36,696 nt of DNA from Leptospiraceae bacterium. Its GTDB lineage: Bacteria; Spirochaetota; Leptospiria; Leptospirales; Leptospiraceae. The stretch covers positions 1 through 36,696 of the forward strand of contig DAORCH010000029.1 of assembly GCA_035345335.1 (NCBI GenBank). The letters are read 5' to 3'. How positions within the stretch are numbered: position 1 is the stretch's first letter; every line of letters starts with the position of its first letter. The notes beneath the pieces are model-generated. The model was not told the origin of the DNA, ran no database searches, and was given only the letters and a program-made list of their open reading frames with translations. The translations under genes were made by a program, and so were the position numbers. Below, in pieces: positions 8,018-18,111 of the stretch.

Positions 8018-9478
8018 ATGGCAAAGGGTAATCCACAAAGATTTTCATCAGATATTGTTACAACGACGCAATTGCATATCAGCTCGATTGAAAACATTCG
8101 AGCTGTGCTTTTTAGTCCTAGCCTTTCCACAGAGGCAAAAGAAATTATTGAAGGTCAAAAAGATGATATTCAAATCCAATTGACCGAGATCCAATCTGCC
8201 TATACTCGCTTTATTCAAAAGCTAGTTGGGCAACCAATGAAAGATGAAGTAGAAAAACAAATTTCAGAACTTTTTCCAGATGAAATTAATATCCAGCCAC
8301 AGGAAACTGAGTTTATTAAAACAAAGATTATCTATGAACATTTAGCTTCCTTTCTAAAAGCTTCCGAGACTGCTTGGAATAATATAATGGGTATGTCAAA
8401 AGTTTTTTCAACCTACCCTTCTACTAAACCTCTCTATGAAAAAATCCAAAGAGAAAATTTTTTAAATCTAAACCTTTTGAATGAGGATACACGAGCCTTA
8501 CTCAATCTAATCGAGAAAAATTTTGAATGTTACATTGTAGGTCCATCCAAATCAGATAAGCGCTTACTGGTAAGTAATTTAATTTATGACGAGGGAAAAG
8601 ATTATAAATTTGAAAACCTCTTCAAAGGAATGCCTAAACTTGAAACGATAGTTCCTACACAAGCAGCAGCTCCTACAAAGCTTTCTGACCGGTTGAATAT
8701 TTTAAAATCTAAAACTACATCAACACAAGAATCCGATTATTATTTCACATCCATTCGTGGAACAAAAGAATGGAATCGCAACGATGCATATATTTTATTT
8801 GTAAAGAAAAATGAACTCAAAGAAGAAGAAAAGAAATTTTATAGTTCTAGCTTTGTGATTCTAAATCCATCTGATAATAATAACATCAACCTAGCTGCTG
8901 CACTCGTTCGTAAAAACATGGGTCACTCCGCTGCTCCCAAATACAATAAAATGCTTCAGACTCTAGTAGACTTTGCAGTTACGAATTTATTTACGAAAGA
9001 CTTTGTAGATCTCTGCGATGACACACATACATTTTTATACCATATAGGACCTATCGTTATTTATAATATCATCCAAGAAGATTTGGTTCGAAGAGATTTT
9101 GGTTATTGCCACTATGTTGAAAATAATAAGATTATTAAATTTCTACCGGAAGCAATCATCAAAAAACATATCATAGACTACTGGGCTGAAAAATTCTTTG
9201 ATTTAAAGTCAGCACAAGTGGATGCATATATTAATTATTCCAAAGGGGTTTCCAATATTCGGGAGTCCTATAGAACTTTTTTTGAAAATGCTGCATCTAC
9301 TCGAAAGAGAATCACAAATGATCCAATGACCACTGAAGATTATATGAGAGAGAATGTAGGTAAATTTTTCGGATACAGAAGAGCCCAAGTCTATAGAAGG
9401 TTTGTTCCAGATAATGTTTTCGGATTGATGTCGGAAATTAATTCTACTGAACTTGTTACAAAGTTTAAATTCAGATAG
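8018..9478 (+). CDS. Hypothetical cytoplasmic protein, translationally coupled to ftsH
   Basis: The 486-aa ORF starts 1 nt after the ftsH stop. It has no signal peptide and no motif I can recognise. Confidence 0.55.
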   Translation: MAKGNPQRFSSDIVTTTQLHISSIENIRAVLFSPSLSTEAKEIIEGQKDDIQIQLTEIQSAYTRFIQKLVGQPMKDEVEKQISELFPDEINIQPQETEFIKTKIIYEHLASFLKASETAWNNIMGMSKVFSTYPSTKPLYEKIQRENFLNLNLLNEDTRALLNLIEKNFECYIVGPSKSDKRLLVSNLIYDEGKDYKFENLFKGMPKLETIVPTQAAAPTKLSDRLNILKSKTTSTQESDYYFTSIRGTKEWNRNDAYILFVKKNELKEEEKKFYSSSFVILNPSDNNNINLAAALVRKNMGHSAAPKYNKMLQTLVDFAVTNLFTKDFVDLCDDTHTFLYHIGPIVIYNIIQEDLVRRDFGYCHYVENNKIIKFLPEAIIKKHIIDYWAEKFFDLKSAQVDAYINYSKGVSNIRESYRTFFENAASTRKRITNDPMTTEDYMRENVGKFFGYRRAQVYRRFVPDNVFGLMSEINSTELVTKFKFR

Positions 9479-10030
9479 ATGCCAACTATATTCTCGCATG
9501 GGATAGCCGCTCTATCCTTCTCAAGTATTTTTAATACACAAATAGATAAGATTCGTTTTTATTTTCTAGTTTTTTTCTTTTCTATTTTACCAGACATTGA
9601 TGTCATCTCTTTTCTATTGGGTATACCCTACTCTCACCCGTTAGGGCATAGAGGATTTACTCATTCGATTTTATTTTCCATACTTATTCCTATTCCGTTT
9701 TTATATTTTTTCTATCGCAATCGAGATTTTAAACTATATCAAATATGCATTCTTTGGTTTGCTTTTTTTCTCTCATCTTTCTCTCATGCAGTATTGGATG
9801 CAATGACAAATGGAGGTCTTGGAGTCTGCTTATTTTATCCTGTTTCTTATGATCGATTTTTTTTTCCCTTTCGCCCCATTCAAGTTTCTCCAATCGGAAA
9901 GCAATTTTTCTCTAAATCTGGAATTAACGTTTTAAAATCAGAAATTATTTGGATTTGGGCTCCCTCATTTCTTTTTTTTATTCTAACTGAGACGATAAAC
10001 AAAATCATTTCTATTTCTAAAAGAAAATGA
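9479..10030 (+). CDS. Membrane-bound metal-dependent hydrolase, YdjM/DUF457 family
   Basis: It has the motifs HPLGHRGFTHS and HAVLDAMTNGG in a polytopic membrane context. Its ATG abuts the previous stop. Confidence 0.6.
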   Translation: MPTIFSHGIAALSFSSIFNTQIDKIRFYFLVFFFSILPDIDVISFLLGIPYSHPLGHRGFTHSILFSILIPIPFLYFFYRNRDFKLYQICILWFAFFLSSFSHAVLDAMTNGGLGVCLFYPVSYDRFFFPFRPIQVSPIGKQFFSKSGINVLKSEIIWIWAPSFLFFILTETINKIISISKRK

Positions 10031-10201
10031 CTCATATCTTTTCCTAACTGATCTTACGCAAAATTTATCATTTGAGAAATAAAGTATGATTATTAAAATA
10101 TTAGAGAATGGTAATGAATTAATAAAATCAACAGCCCTCTCTCTTAAGTTGACTGCATTGGGCGACAAGCCCTCCTTAGGACGAGACTTCATTTAAACAT
10201 T

Positions 10202-10245
10202 TAGCTCACCTTGTAAAAGGGGAGCTATTATTTTATTTCTTGTAT
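10202..10245 (+). terminator. Rho-independent terminator candidate
   Basis: The stem tagctc-cc/gg-gagcta has 8 of 9 pairs with an 8-nt loop. It is followed by ttattttatttcttgtatttt. Confidence 0.45.
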
Positions 10246-10734
10246 TTTGCAATTTACCACATTTGATTCTTAGTTTTTCTATTTTAAAAAATGAATAGTA
10301 AATCGCTAGAATACCATACTAGAACATTGAGCAAATCCATTCCTAAAATGGTTTATACGCGCAAAAGGGTAGTTTCTCTTAGTTGGAGAAATCTATTTCA
10401 AAAATCAATAAAAGAGATCGTTAGACTAACAAAGAGAGAATCAATCCATTCCTTTAAGATGATTTTTATCAAGGTGAATTAGGAGTTCCTACCCGAATAG
10501 TCCTTGACAAATTCAAAAGTATATAGGTATACATTAGATAGATACAAGAATAAATTCAATTAACGTTTTGGAAGTTGATTTGGTATTGAGTATGGAAATG
10601 AAAAGAATCACTGAGATTTATATCTTATAAACAGGATTGTCTTTATTGATCTTGTTGGAATTCAATCTTCAAAACAAAGCGTAAAATTTTTCATAACATT
10701 AAAACCTTTTTTAAATAACTCAATTACCTTTTAT

Positions 10735-12132
10735 ATGCAAAAGGATGTAGGAATGTTTTTTTTTACTAGATTTCAAATGAATTCAGCAATCAATCTTTAT
10801 AAAAGTAAGTTAGTCTTTATAGCTATCTTATTCTTACTTTTATCTCAATGCAAGCTGAATGATTCTCCAAAGTTTAAGGGTTATCTTCCTTCTATCGTTT
10901 CAACACGTTATACGATTGGCGGAACTGTAACTCAATTGGGTTCAGGAAAAACGATTGTATTACAAAATAATTCAGGAAATGATCTGACCATATCAACAAA
11001 CGGGGCATATACCTTTTCAGCCTCCATTGCAAACAACGCATCTTATGAAGTTACGATTCTAACACAACCCACGAATCAAACCTGTGTATTATCAAATGCA
11101 TCAGGATCTGTTACCTCTGCAAATATTGTAAATGTTGATGTAACTTGCTCCATTGGAGTTCTAAGTAGCGGAACGATAATCAATCCATTGAACCTCACAG
11201 GCGGAGTGACAACCCTCAATGGATCACCCTGTGGAGCTAGTGCTTCTGGATGTTCAAGTGTCAGCGGGTATGCAGACTCTACAAGTCCAGATTCAGTAAA
11301 ATATAATGGCGCTGAAGGAATCACCACGGATGGAACAAATCTCTATGTAGCCGATTATTTCAATAATCGAATCCGAAAAGTAGTAATCGCAACAGGAGCA
11401 ACGACCACTCTAGCAGGAAATGGAACAAATGCAAAAGTAGATGGAACAGGAACTTCTGCTTCATTAAGTTTACCGCGCTTTTTAACAACAGATGGAACTT
11501 ATCTTTATGTTTCAGATACAACAAATAATTGTATTCGAAAGGTTAATATTACCAGTGCGGTAGTTACAACTATAGTATGTAATAATACTTTACTATCTGA
11601 TCCACGGGGACTAATAGTATACAATAACATGCTATATATAGCAGACAATTCAGCAAATGCTATTAGGCAAATAGATTTATCAACTAACGCTTTATCAACA
11701 GTTATTTCGTCTGGACTTAGTTCTCCTAGAAATATGACTTTAATAGGATCAGATATTTACATTGCTGATTCAGGACTCGATCGTGTTGCAAAAACTACAA
11801 TCGGAACATGGACTCTTTCTACATTTGCAGGTAGTTCTTCAGGCTATCTGGATGGAACAGGGACAGGAGCTCAATTTAAAAATCTAGAAGGGATCACAAC
11901 AGATGGGACAGATCTTTATGTTGCGGATACAGGAAATCATAACGTTCGAAAAGTTACTGTCCCTGGAGCAGTGGTAACAACACTGGCAGGTTCTCTATCA
12001 GCCTCTTCTGGATATACAAACTCATCAACTTTTTCTACAGCTCGCTTTAACAACCCGAGAGGCATCACTTCCGATGGAACGAATCTTTATGTATTTGATT
12101 CAAATAACAATGCAATCCGAAAGATTCAATAG
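10735..12132 (+). CDS. NHL-repeat beta-propeller lipoprotein
   Basis: A signal peptide with an LLSQC lipobox follows an internal Met. The most likely start is 10753 (AAGGA RBS) or 10777. Six NHL-type blades are visible (e.g. GITTDGTNLYVADYFNNRIRKV). Confidence 0.7.
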   Translation: MQKDVGMFFFTRFQMNSAINLYKSKLVFIAILFLLLSQCKLNDSPKFKGYLPSIVSTRYTIGGTVTQLGSGKTIVLQNNSGNDLTISTNGAYTFSASIANNASYEVTILTQPTNQTCVLSNASGSVTSANIVNVDVTCSIGVLSSGTIINPLNLTGGVTTLNGSPCGASASGCSSVSGYADSTSPDSVKYNGAEGITTDGTNLYVADYFNNRIRKVVIATGATTTLAGNGTNAKVDGTGTSASLSLPRFLTTDGTYLYVSDTTNNCIRKVNITSAVVTTIVCNNTLLSDPRGLIVYNNMLYIADNSANAIRQIDLSTNALSTVISSGLSSPRNMTLIGSDIYIADSGLDRVAKTTIGTWTLSTFAGSSSGYLDGTGTGAQFKNLEGITTDGTDLYVADTGNHNVRKVTVPGAVVTTLAGSLSASSGYTNSSTFSTARFNNPRGITSDGTNLYVFDSNNNAIRKIQ

Positions 12133-13001
12133 TGAACTTTAAATTTTACTTTCTCTTTAGCGGTATATATCTATTAACCGCTTTTCATTTAATCGCACAA
12201 GATAATTTGGGGAAAGTAAAATACCAAGTAGAATCCAGTTTCGATATTACAAAAGACAGTGCCCAGAAAATTTTGCAAAATCTAGACTTTGAGAAAAAAG
12301 AGAGAACTGATTTTGTATTTGATGCATTTGATGGAGAAAACTTTCTTCTATTTCCAGGCAAAAGAAAAATCCGTTTTAGAATGAAAGAGGATGAAGAAAA
12401 AAAAGTTCTGCAAATCAATACAAACATTAACTTTATCAATCGAAAATGCCCGAAAGGGCAATCCATTCTAATTCGGGAAAAAGAAAATGGGGAAATCAAC
12501 CTTTCTGCAAATCAGTATGAATATTTAAAAACAGGAAACCAACTTTTAAATCTACCTGATTTAAATCCCAGTCAAACCTTAAAGTCTCTAAAAGAACTAG
12601 ATCAATATTTAAAAAAAATCCAATTGCCTCTCAAATCCGAATTAGAAAAAACATTTCCAAAAAAATGGGTCTATCTACCAATCAATCTCTCAAAAAAGAA
12701 AAAATATAAACACAAAGTCAATTTTGGGTATGGAGATATTACCGTTTCTATCTCCGGTGGAGAAGATTATATAGGAGAAAAATTTTTACAGGAAAAATGG
12801 GAATTAGAATTTCAAGTAAATCCCAAAGATTGGATAGATTCTAAATGCAAAGGTAAATACTGCGGATTTGAGAAGAGTATTTGTCTTTTTATGGAAAGCC
12901 AAAACCTATCCGCAAAAGACTTCAACCCTCCCAAGATTTCCCCCTATGATGTTTTAAAAAAAGAGATACCGAATTTATCTAAATTACTCCCAAGTCCCTA
13001 G
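12132..13001 (+). CDS. Hypothetical secreted protein
   Basis: The 289-aa ORF has an N-terminal signal peptide (MNFKFYFLFSGIYLLTAFHLIAQ) and is Lys-rich. I recognise no domain. Its start overlaps the upstream stop. Confidence 0.5.
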   Translation: MNFKFYFLFSGIYLLTAFHLIAQDNLGKVKYQVESSFDITKDSAQKILQNLDFEKKERTDFVFDAFDGENFLLFPGKRKIRFRMKEDEEKKVLQINTNINFINRKCPKGQSILIREKENGEINLSANQYEYLKTGNQLLNLPDLNPSQTLKSLKELDQYLKKIQLPLKSELEKTFPKKWVYLPINLSKKKKYKHKVNFGYGDITVSISGGEDYIGEKFLQEKWELEFQVNPKDWIDSKCKGKYCGFEKSICLFMESQNLSAKDFNPPKISPYDVLKKEIPNLSKLLPSP

Positions 13002-13622
13002 CCAAAACTCATTTCTATTCCTCGAAAATTCCTCCATCTACCCTATTTTGCAAAATTCATTTCCCTAAATCCTTTTGATTCCATTCTCTTCTGAGTTAAA
13101 TGAACTTGAATTCGGTATAAGGAATTGATAAATTGTTCAGACCGTCATTCCCGAAATTCCACCAGCAATCGCAGCAACCGCCAAACGATATCGGGAATCT
13201 GTTTTCTAGATACCCCTGATAATCGCCCCTGCGGAACTGGATGCGAATAGCATCGGGTGGAATTTGTGGGTGACAAAGTGAAACCTCATCTTATATCGAA
13301 CTCACGTTAAATTACAAAGACTACCCTACTCAAACCCGTTAACCCAAATCCCCATCTCCCAAGAGAGCCTAGAAAAAGAGGAAGCCAGGTTAGTGTAAAG
13401 ACCAGCAAAGGAATGTCGGTCTACCATAAACACCCAAAAAAAAGGGATCTAAAGTAGAACGATTGCCTATCTTTTAAAAATTTTAACTCTTCCAGCCTCC
13501 TTCCATCCGAATATCCTTGGTTACTTTTCTATGGGCACTCTGGTTTTGTCCAAATCTAAGTTCTGTTTTAGGCTTGCTTCTATAGGTTGTACAAAAAACC
13601 TTGCGGTAGAGATTAAAAAAAT

Positions 13623-14750
13623 ATGAAATTTGGTATTTTAAAAGAAAGTGGGGAAGAAAAAAGAGTAGCTCTTCTTCCTGAGTCTGTGGAAGCCCTTATC
13701 AAAATGGGGCAATCGGTGATTGTGGAAAAGGGAGCTGGTGAAACCGCTTTTGCCTCTGACGAGGAATACAAAAAAGCAGGGGCTAGTATTGTGTCCAAAA
13801 AGGAACTTCTATCCCAAGCGGAGGCAGTTATTAAAATACAGCTTCCCGAAGCGGAAGAAATCGAAGGACTAAAGTCTGGAACTCTTCTGTTTGCAGTCTT
13901 GCAACCTCTCTACAACCCTCAATTGATTAAGACTTTAAATGATAAGAAGATATCTATATTTAGCATGGACACGATTCCTAGAATTACTCGTGCCCAATCT
14001 ATGGACATTTTAAGTTCCCAAGCAACCGTTGCTGGCTATAAGGCAGTTCTAGTAGCTGCAAGCCATTTGCCACATTTTTTTCCAATGCTTACAACCGCGG
14101 CTGGAGCAATCCCACCCTCTAAAATTTTAGTTATGGGTGCTGGTGTTGCTGGTCTCCAAGCGATTGCAACTGGTAAGAGATTGGGCGGAGTTGTAGAAGT
14201 ATTCGACACTAGACCCGAAGTAAAAGAACAAGTCATGTCTCTCGGCGGAAAATTCGTAGAAGTAGAAGGTGCAGCCGATGCATCTAAAGCTGGAGGATAT
14301 GCGGTTGAACAATCAGAAGAATACAAAAATCGCCAAAGAGAAGCCATTTCTAAGTCTGCCATCAAATCCGATGTAATCATCACTACAGCCCAAATACCAG
14401 GTAAAAAGGCACCTCTACTCATAACCGAAGAAATGGTGAAGGGAATGAAAGCAGGTTCCGTCATCGTAGATTTGGCTGCCGCAACAGGTGGAAATTGCCA
14501 ATTGACAGAAAACAATAAAACTATTGTTGCACATGGTGTCACCATCATTGGAAATTCAAATCTTCCTTCTACAATTCCGTTTGATGCGAGTAAGATGTTT
14601 GGGAAAAATATAATCAACTTCCTAAAGAATATGCAAACCAAAGAAGGAAAGATTGAAATCAATTTCAATGATGAAATCATCTCTGGAACTTGTATAGCAC
14701 ATGCAGGAGAAGTTCGTCATAAACCAACACTGGACTTAATCAATAAATGA
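13623..14750 (+). CDS. pntAA: NAD(P) transhydrogenase subunit alpha part 1 (dI, NAD(H)-binding)
   Basis: The alanine-dehydrogenase-like fold carries the GAGVAGLQA Rossmann motif. The gene opens the pnt order. Confidence 0.9.
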   Translation: MKFGILKESGEEKRVALLPESVEALIKMGQSVIVEKGAGETAFASDEEYKKAGASIVSKKELLSQAEAVIKIQLPEAEEIEGLKSGTLLFAVLQPLYNPQLIKTLNDKKISIFSMDTIPRITRAQSMDILSSQATVAGYKAVLVAASHLPHFFPMLTTAAGAIPPSKILVMGAGVAGLQAIATGKRLGGVVEVFDTRPEVKEQVMSLGGKFVEVEGAADASKAGGYAVEQSEEYKNRQREAISKSAIKSDVIITTAQIPGKKAPLLITEEMVKGMKAGSVIVDLAAATGGNCQLTENNKTIVAHGVTIIGNSNLPSTIPFDASKMFGKNIINFLKNMQTKEGKIEINFNDEIISGTCIAHAGEVRHKPTLDLINK

Positions 14751-14850
14751 TTGGTGTTTCACTTATAGTTAATAACCCATATTGGCTAGACTCTGAGTAT
14801 AAAAACTCTCTAGTTCTATTCCTTTGTGGTAATTCTTTTTAGGAGATATT

Positions 14851-15174
14851 ATGGATCAAATACTAAACTTTTTAATCGAGAACAAAGCAATGATTTATAT
14901 GCTTGTTCTATCAATATTTGTGGGAGTAGAAATTATTTCTAAAGTCCCTGCAGTTTTACACACTCCTCTCATGTCTGGAGCAAATGCGATTCACGGAGTT
15001 GTGATCGTGGGTGCAATTATCGTTATGGGAGAGGCGAAAGAAGATGATACACTTTCTATCATTTTGGGGTTTATCGCTGTTATCCTCGGAACCTTAAACG
15101 TAGTTGGTGGATTCGTTGTTACAGATAGAATGCTGGAAATGTTTAAGAAGAAAACTCCAGCTAAGAAGGATTAA
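14851..15174 (+). CDS. pntAB: NAD(P) transhydrogenase subunit alpha part 2 (membrane)
   Basis: The 107-aa ORF is small and made of hydrophobic helices. It sits between pntAA and pntB. Confidence 0.85.
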   Translation: MDQILNFLIENKAMIYMLVLSIFVGVEIISKVPAVLHTPLMSGANAIHGVVIVGAIIVMGEAKEDDTLSIILGFIAVILGTLNVVGGFVVTDRMLEMFKKKTPAKKD

Positions 15175-15177
15175 CCC

Positions 15178-16578
15178 ATGTTAGGATATATTGAATTTGC
15201 TTATTTTTTAGGTTCCCTTTCTTTCGTAATTGGTCTTAAGATGCTTAGTCATCCAGACTCAGCTAGAAAAGGAAACATTCTCGCGGCTATCGGTATGGGA
15301 ATAGCTGTGATTCTCACAATTCTCGGAGAAAAAATTCACAATTACGGGTGGATCATTGGTGCTCTAGTCATTGGTTCAGCGTTAGGTGCAATTTCCGCTC
15401 GAAAAGTCAAAATGACTGCAATGCCGCAGATGGTCAGTCTTTTCAATGGTATGGGTGGTGCTTGTGCTGCCGTTATTTCCCTTGTAGAGTTTAAACACAA
15501 TCCTGTTTTACAAACTGGACTTATGAATAGCACAACAGCAATCATTCTTGCTGGTATGCTGATTGGATCTGTTTCTTTTGCTGGATCTATGATTGCATTT
15601 GGAAAATTACAAGGCTATAAAGCAATTGAAAAGCCAGTAACTTTTCCATTACAAAAAATATTAAATACAATCATTCTAATTTTTACAATTGGTCTTGGTG
15701 TGTTTATCTCAATCAATATGCAAAATCCACATGATGCACTCGAATTATTCTATGTAATGTTTGGTCTTTCCTTATTATATGGAATTTTATTTGTATTACC
15801 AATTGGTGGTGCAGACATGCCTGTTGTAATTTCTCTACTCAACTCTTTCACAGGAGTTGCGGCTGCTTGTGCTGGATTCTTATATAGCAATATGGTAATG
15901 CTGATTGGTGGGATTTTAGTTGGATCTGCAGGAACCATTCTAACAGTTGTTATGTGTAATGCAATGAACCGCTCTCTCATGAACGTTATTTTCGGTAGCT
16001 TCGGCGGTGGAGGCGGTGCTAGTGGTAGTTCTGCTTCTGGAGACCAAACTGTTCGAGAAATTTCTGTAACCGATGCTGCTATCCTAATGAGCTACGCTAA
16101 GAAAGTGATCATCGTTCCTGGATACGGACTTGCAGTTGCACAAGCACAGCATACCTGTCATGAACTAGATAGCTTACTCGAAGAGAAGGGTGTAGATGTG
16201 CGTTACGCGATCCATCCTGTGGCTGGTCGTATGCCTGGTCATATGAACGTTTTACTCGCAGAAGCAGATGTTCCCTACCCAAAATTATTTGATATGGAAG
16301 AAATCAATGGAGAATTCTCCTCTACTGATGTTGTTCTAGTTATTGGAGCGAATGATGTTGTAAACCCTGCAGCCAGAAAAGATACATCTAGTCCAATTTA
16401 TGGAATGCCAATCTTAGATGTTGACAACGCTGCCAATATTATCGTTCTCAAAAGAGGGATGAATGCTGGTTATGCTGGTATCGAAAACGAATTATTCTTT
16501 GATCCAAAAACAAAGATGCTTTTTGGAGATGCAAAATCTTCTCTTTTAAAACTCGTCTCCGAGGTAAAACAAAATTAA
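15178..16578 (+). CDS. pntB: NAD(P) transhydrogenase subunit beta
   Basis: A polytopic N-terminus is followed by a C-terminal dIII NADP(H)-binding domain (GYGLAVAQAQ, AGRMPGHMNVLLAEA). Confidence 0.9.
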   Translation: MLGYIEFAYFLGSLSFVIGLKMLSHPDSARKGNILAAIGMGIAVILTILGEKIHNYGWIIGALVIGSALGAISARKVKMTAMPQMVSLFNGMGGACAAVISLVEFKHNPVLQTGLMNSTTAIILAGMLIGSVSFAGSMIAFGKLQGYKAIEKPVTFPLQKILNTIILIFTIGLGVFISINMQNPHDALELFYVMFGLSLLYGILFVLPIGGADMPVVISLLNSFTGVAAACAGFLYSNMVMLIGGILVGSAGTILTVVMCNAMNRSLMNVIFGSFGGGGGASGSSASGDQTVREISVTDAAILMSYAKKVIIVPGYGLAVAQAQHTCHELDSLLEEKGVDVRYAIHPVAGRMPGHMNVLLAEADVPYPKLFDMEEINGEFSSTDVVLVIGANDVVNPAARKDTSSPIYGMPILDVDNAANIIVLKRGMNAGYAGIENELFFDPKTKMLFGDAKSSLLKLVSEVKQN

Positions 16579-16592
16579 CCCCTAGGTGGAAT

Positions 16593-17285
16593 TTGGATAT
16601 GGAAAGAAGAAAAAGAATTTCAAGACCTTTACCTGTAATTATATTCGGAATCATCTTTTTACTGCTTCCGTTTATTAACTACATTAACTTTGCATACCAT
16701 TTCCAAATTCCATTTACAAATGTAATAGAGGTTTTGAGAACCGTAGACATCATTGCTGTCATTCTTGCGTTGATTCCCTTTGCAGTTGGAATTGGAATCC
16801 TGCTTGTTAAGCGATGGGGTTGGTTCTTATTTTTAATCTACTCTTTAGTAGTTTTAGTTTACGATGCACTGGTCTCTATTTCAGATCCAACAGAGCCAAA
16901 CATCATGACTCTTGTGCAAAGTGCGATCGGATTTGCTGCCATTTTTTATTTTTTAAAACCAGACATTTCGGCTCCCTACATGAAAATGTATGGGAGAGGT
17001 TGGAGATTCCAAGTTAGGAAACCAATTGAAATGGACATAGCAATCAATGACTTAAAGCTTAGAACTAGAGATATTTCTCCTACAGGATTCTATGTAGAAT
17101 GGCCCAATTGCCCTTATGAACTCAACCAAGAAGTAAATATATCAATGAATGTAGATAGACAGGGATTGAACTTAAAGGCAGGAGTAGTTCGATTGGATAC
17201 AGCCGGAGCTGGCTTTGCATTCCGATCTATTGACAGAGAAAGTTATAGAGTTTTAGAGGATTGGATTTCGAGACAAGAAGCATGA
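16593..17285 (+). CDS. Membrane protein with C-terminal PilZ domain (predicted c-di-GMP receptor)
   Basis: Four TM helices are followed by the PilZ motifs RFQVR (RxxxR) and DISPTG (DxSxxG). Confidence 0.6.
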   Translation: MDMERRKRISRPLPVIIFGIIFLLLPFINYINFAYHFQIPFTNVIEVLRTVDIIAVILALIPFAVGIGILLVKRWGWFLFLIYSLVVLVYDALVSISDPTEPNIMTLVQSAIGFAAIFYFLKPDISAPYMKMYGRGWRFQVRKPIEMDIAINDLKLRTRDISPTGFYVEWPNCPYELNQEVNISMNVDRQGLNLKAGVVRLDTAGAGFAFRSIDRESYRVLEDWISRQEA

Positions 17286-17371
17286 ATTTCATTGACTCAT
17301 AGGCAAGCGAAAATAACCTGACTTTGTACACGAATTTATTATACTGTAATATTATTTTTTAAGGTAATAAG

Positions 17372-17533
17372 ATGAAAAGAACATTTCAACCAAGTAGAGT
17401 TAAAAGAGCAAGAACACATGGCTTTAGATCCCGTATGTCTACAAAAGCGGGAAGAGCTGTACTCGCAAGAAGAAGAGCTAAAGGCAGATATAAGCTAACT
17501 GTTTCCGATGAAAAAGTCGGAAAGAAATTTTAA
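17372..17533 (+). CDS. rpmH: 50S ribosomal protein L34
   Basis: The product is [44 protein letters not shown]... It falls below the ORF-track length threshold and was found by eye. A -35/-10-like pair (tgactt..tatact) lies ~25 nt upstream. Confidence 0.85.
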   Translation: MKRTFQPSRVKRARTHGFRSRMSTKAGRAVLARRRAKGRYKLTVSDEKVGKKF

Positions 17534-17543
17534 TTAGAGGTTC

Positions 17544-17876
17544 TTGACTAGGATATCGGAAACTCTAAAGGCAAAAGAAGAGATTAAAAGTCTTTTTCAA
17601 AAAGGTAAGAGAATCAAAGCCAACCATATATCTTTAGTGTACGCATCCAACCAGATATCGCTTAATAGATACCTCTTTTGTGCAGAACGTTTTACCAAAA
17701 AGGCGCATAAAAGAAATAGAATTAAGCGAGTCTTGCGCGCATTGGTTCACTGTATAGACTTTATCTTCCCTGTGAATGTAGATATCGCAATCATAGCAGA
17801 TTCTAGGTTTACAGAACTTGATTTTGAAGTCAGAAAGCAGACTTTAAAGAATCTATTTTTAAAAGTAAAAGTATGA
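17544..17876 (+). CDS. rnpA: Ribonuclease P protein component
   Basis: It is small and basic, sits directly after rpmH and has a TTG start with an AGAGG RBS. Confidence 0.8.
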   Translation: MTRISETLKAKEEIKSLFQKGKRIKANHISLVYASNQISLNRYLFCAERFTKKAHKRNRIKRVLRALVHCIDFIFPVNVDIAIIADSRFTELDFEVRKQTLKNLFLKVKV

Positions 17877-18103
17877 ATCAAATAGCGATACTTTTGATTC
17901 ATATTTATAAAAAATTCATATCTCCTTTATTGCCAGGTGCTTGCAGATTTTATCCGAGTTGTTCGGAATATGCATTACAGGCATTTAAGGAGTATGGTTT
18001 TTTGAAAGCCTTCTACCTAACCGTAAATAGAGTTTCTAGATGTAACCCAATGTCAGAAGGGTATTTTGATCCCTTACCTCCAAATCCAAATAAAAAAAAT
18101 TAG
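17873..18103 (+). CDS. yidD: Membrane protein insertion efficiency factor YidD
   Basis: It carries the motif FYPSCSEYA...RCNP. It overlaps the rnpA stop. Confidence 0.85.
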   Translation: MNQIAILLIHIYKKFISPLLPGACRFYPSCSEYALQAFKEYGFLKAFYLTVNRVSRCNPMSEGYFDPLPPNPNKKN

Positions 18104-18111
18104 AGGAAATC

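Noticed and set aside
3019-13114. Identical 14-mer tgaacttgaattcg just after the gene stop at 3018 and again at 13101..13114
   Set aside because: In about 36.7 kb of AT-rich DNA a few exact 14-mer coincidences are expected by chance. The flanks do not extend the match and carry no inverted repeats suggesting an element boundary.
14036-14680. 214-aa antisense ORF inside pntAA, and similar antisense ORFs in pntB, cheB and the MCP (15342..15545, 15750..15980, 32196..32384, 35328..35936)
   Set aside because: Each lies opposite a strongly supported conserved gene. None has a start context or a recognisable domain.
17286-17371. dnaA boxes or oriC next to rpmH
   Set aside because: Neither this gap nor the pnt/PilZ region has clustered TTATCCACA-like boxes or an AT-rich DUE. 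dnaA is not in this window.
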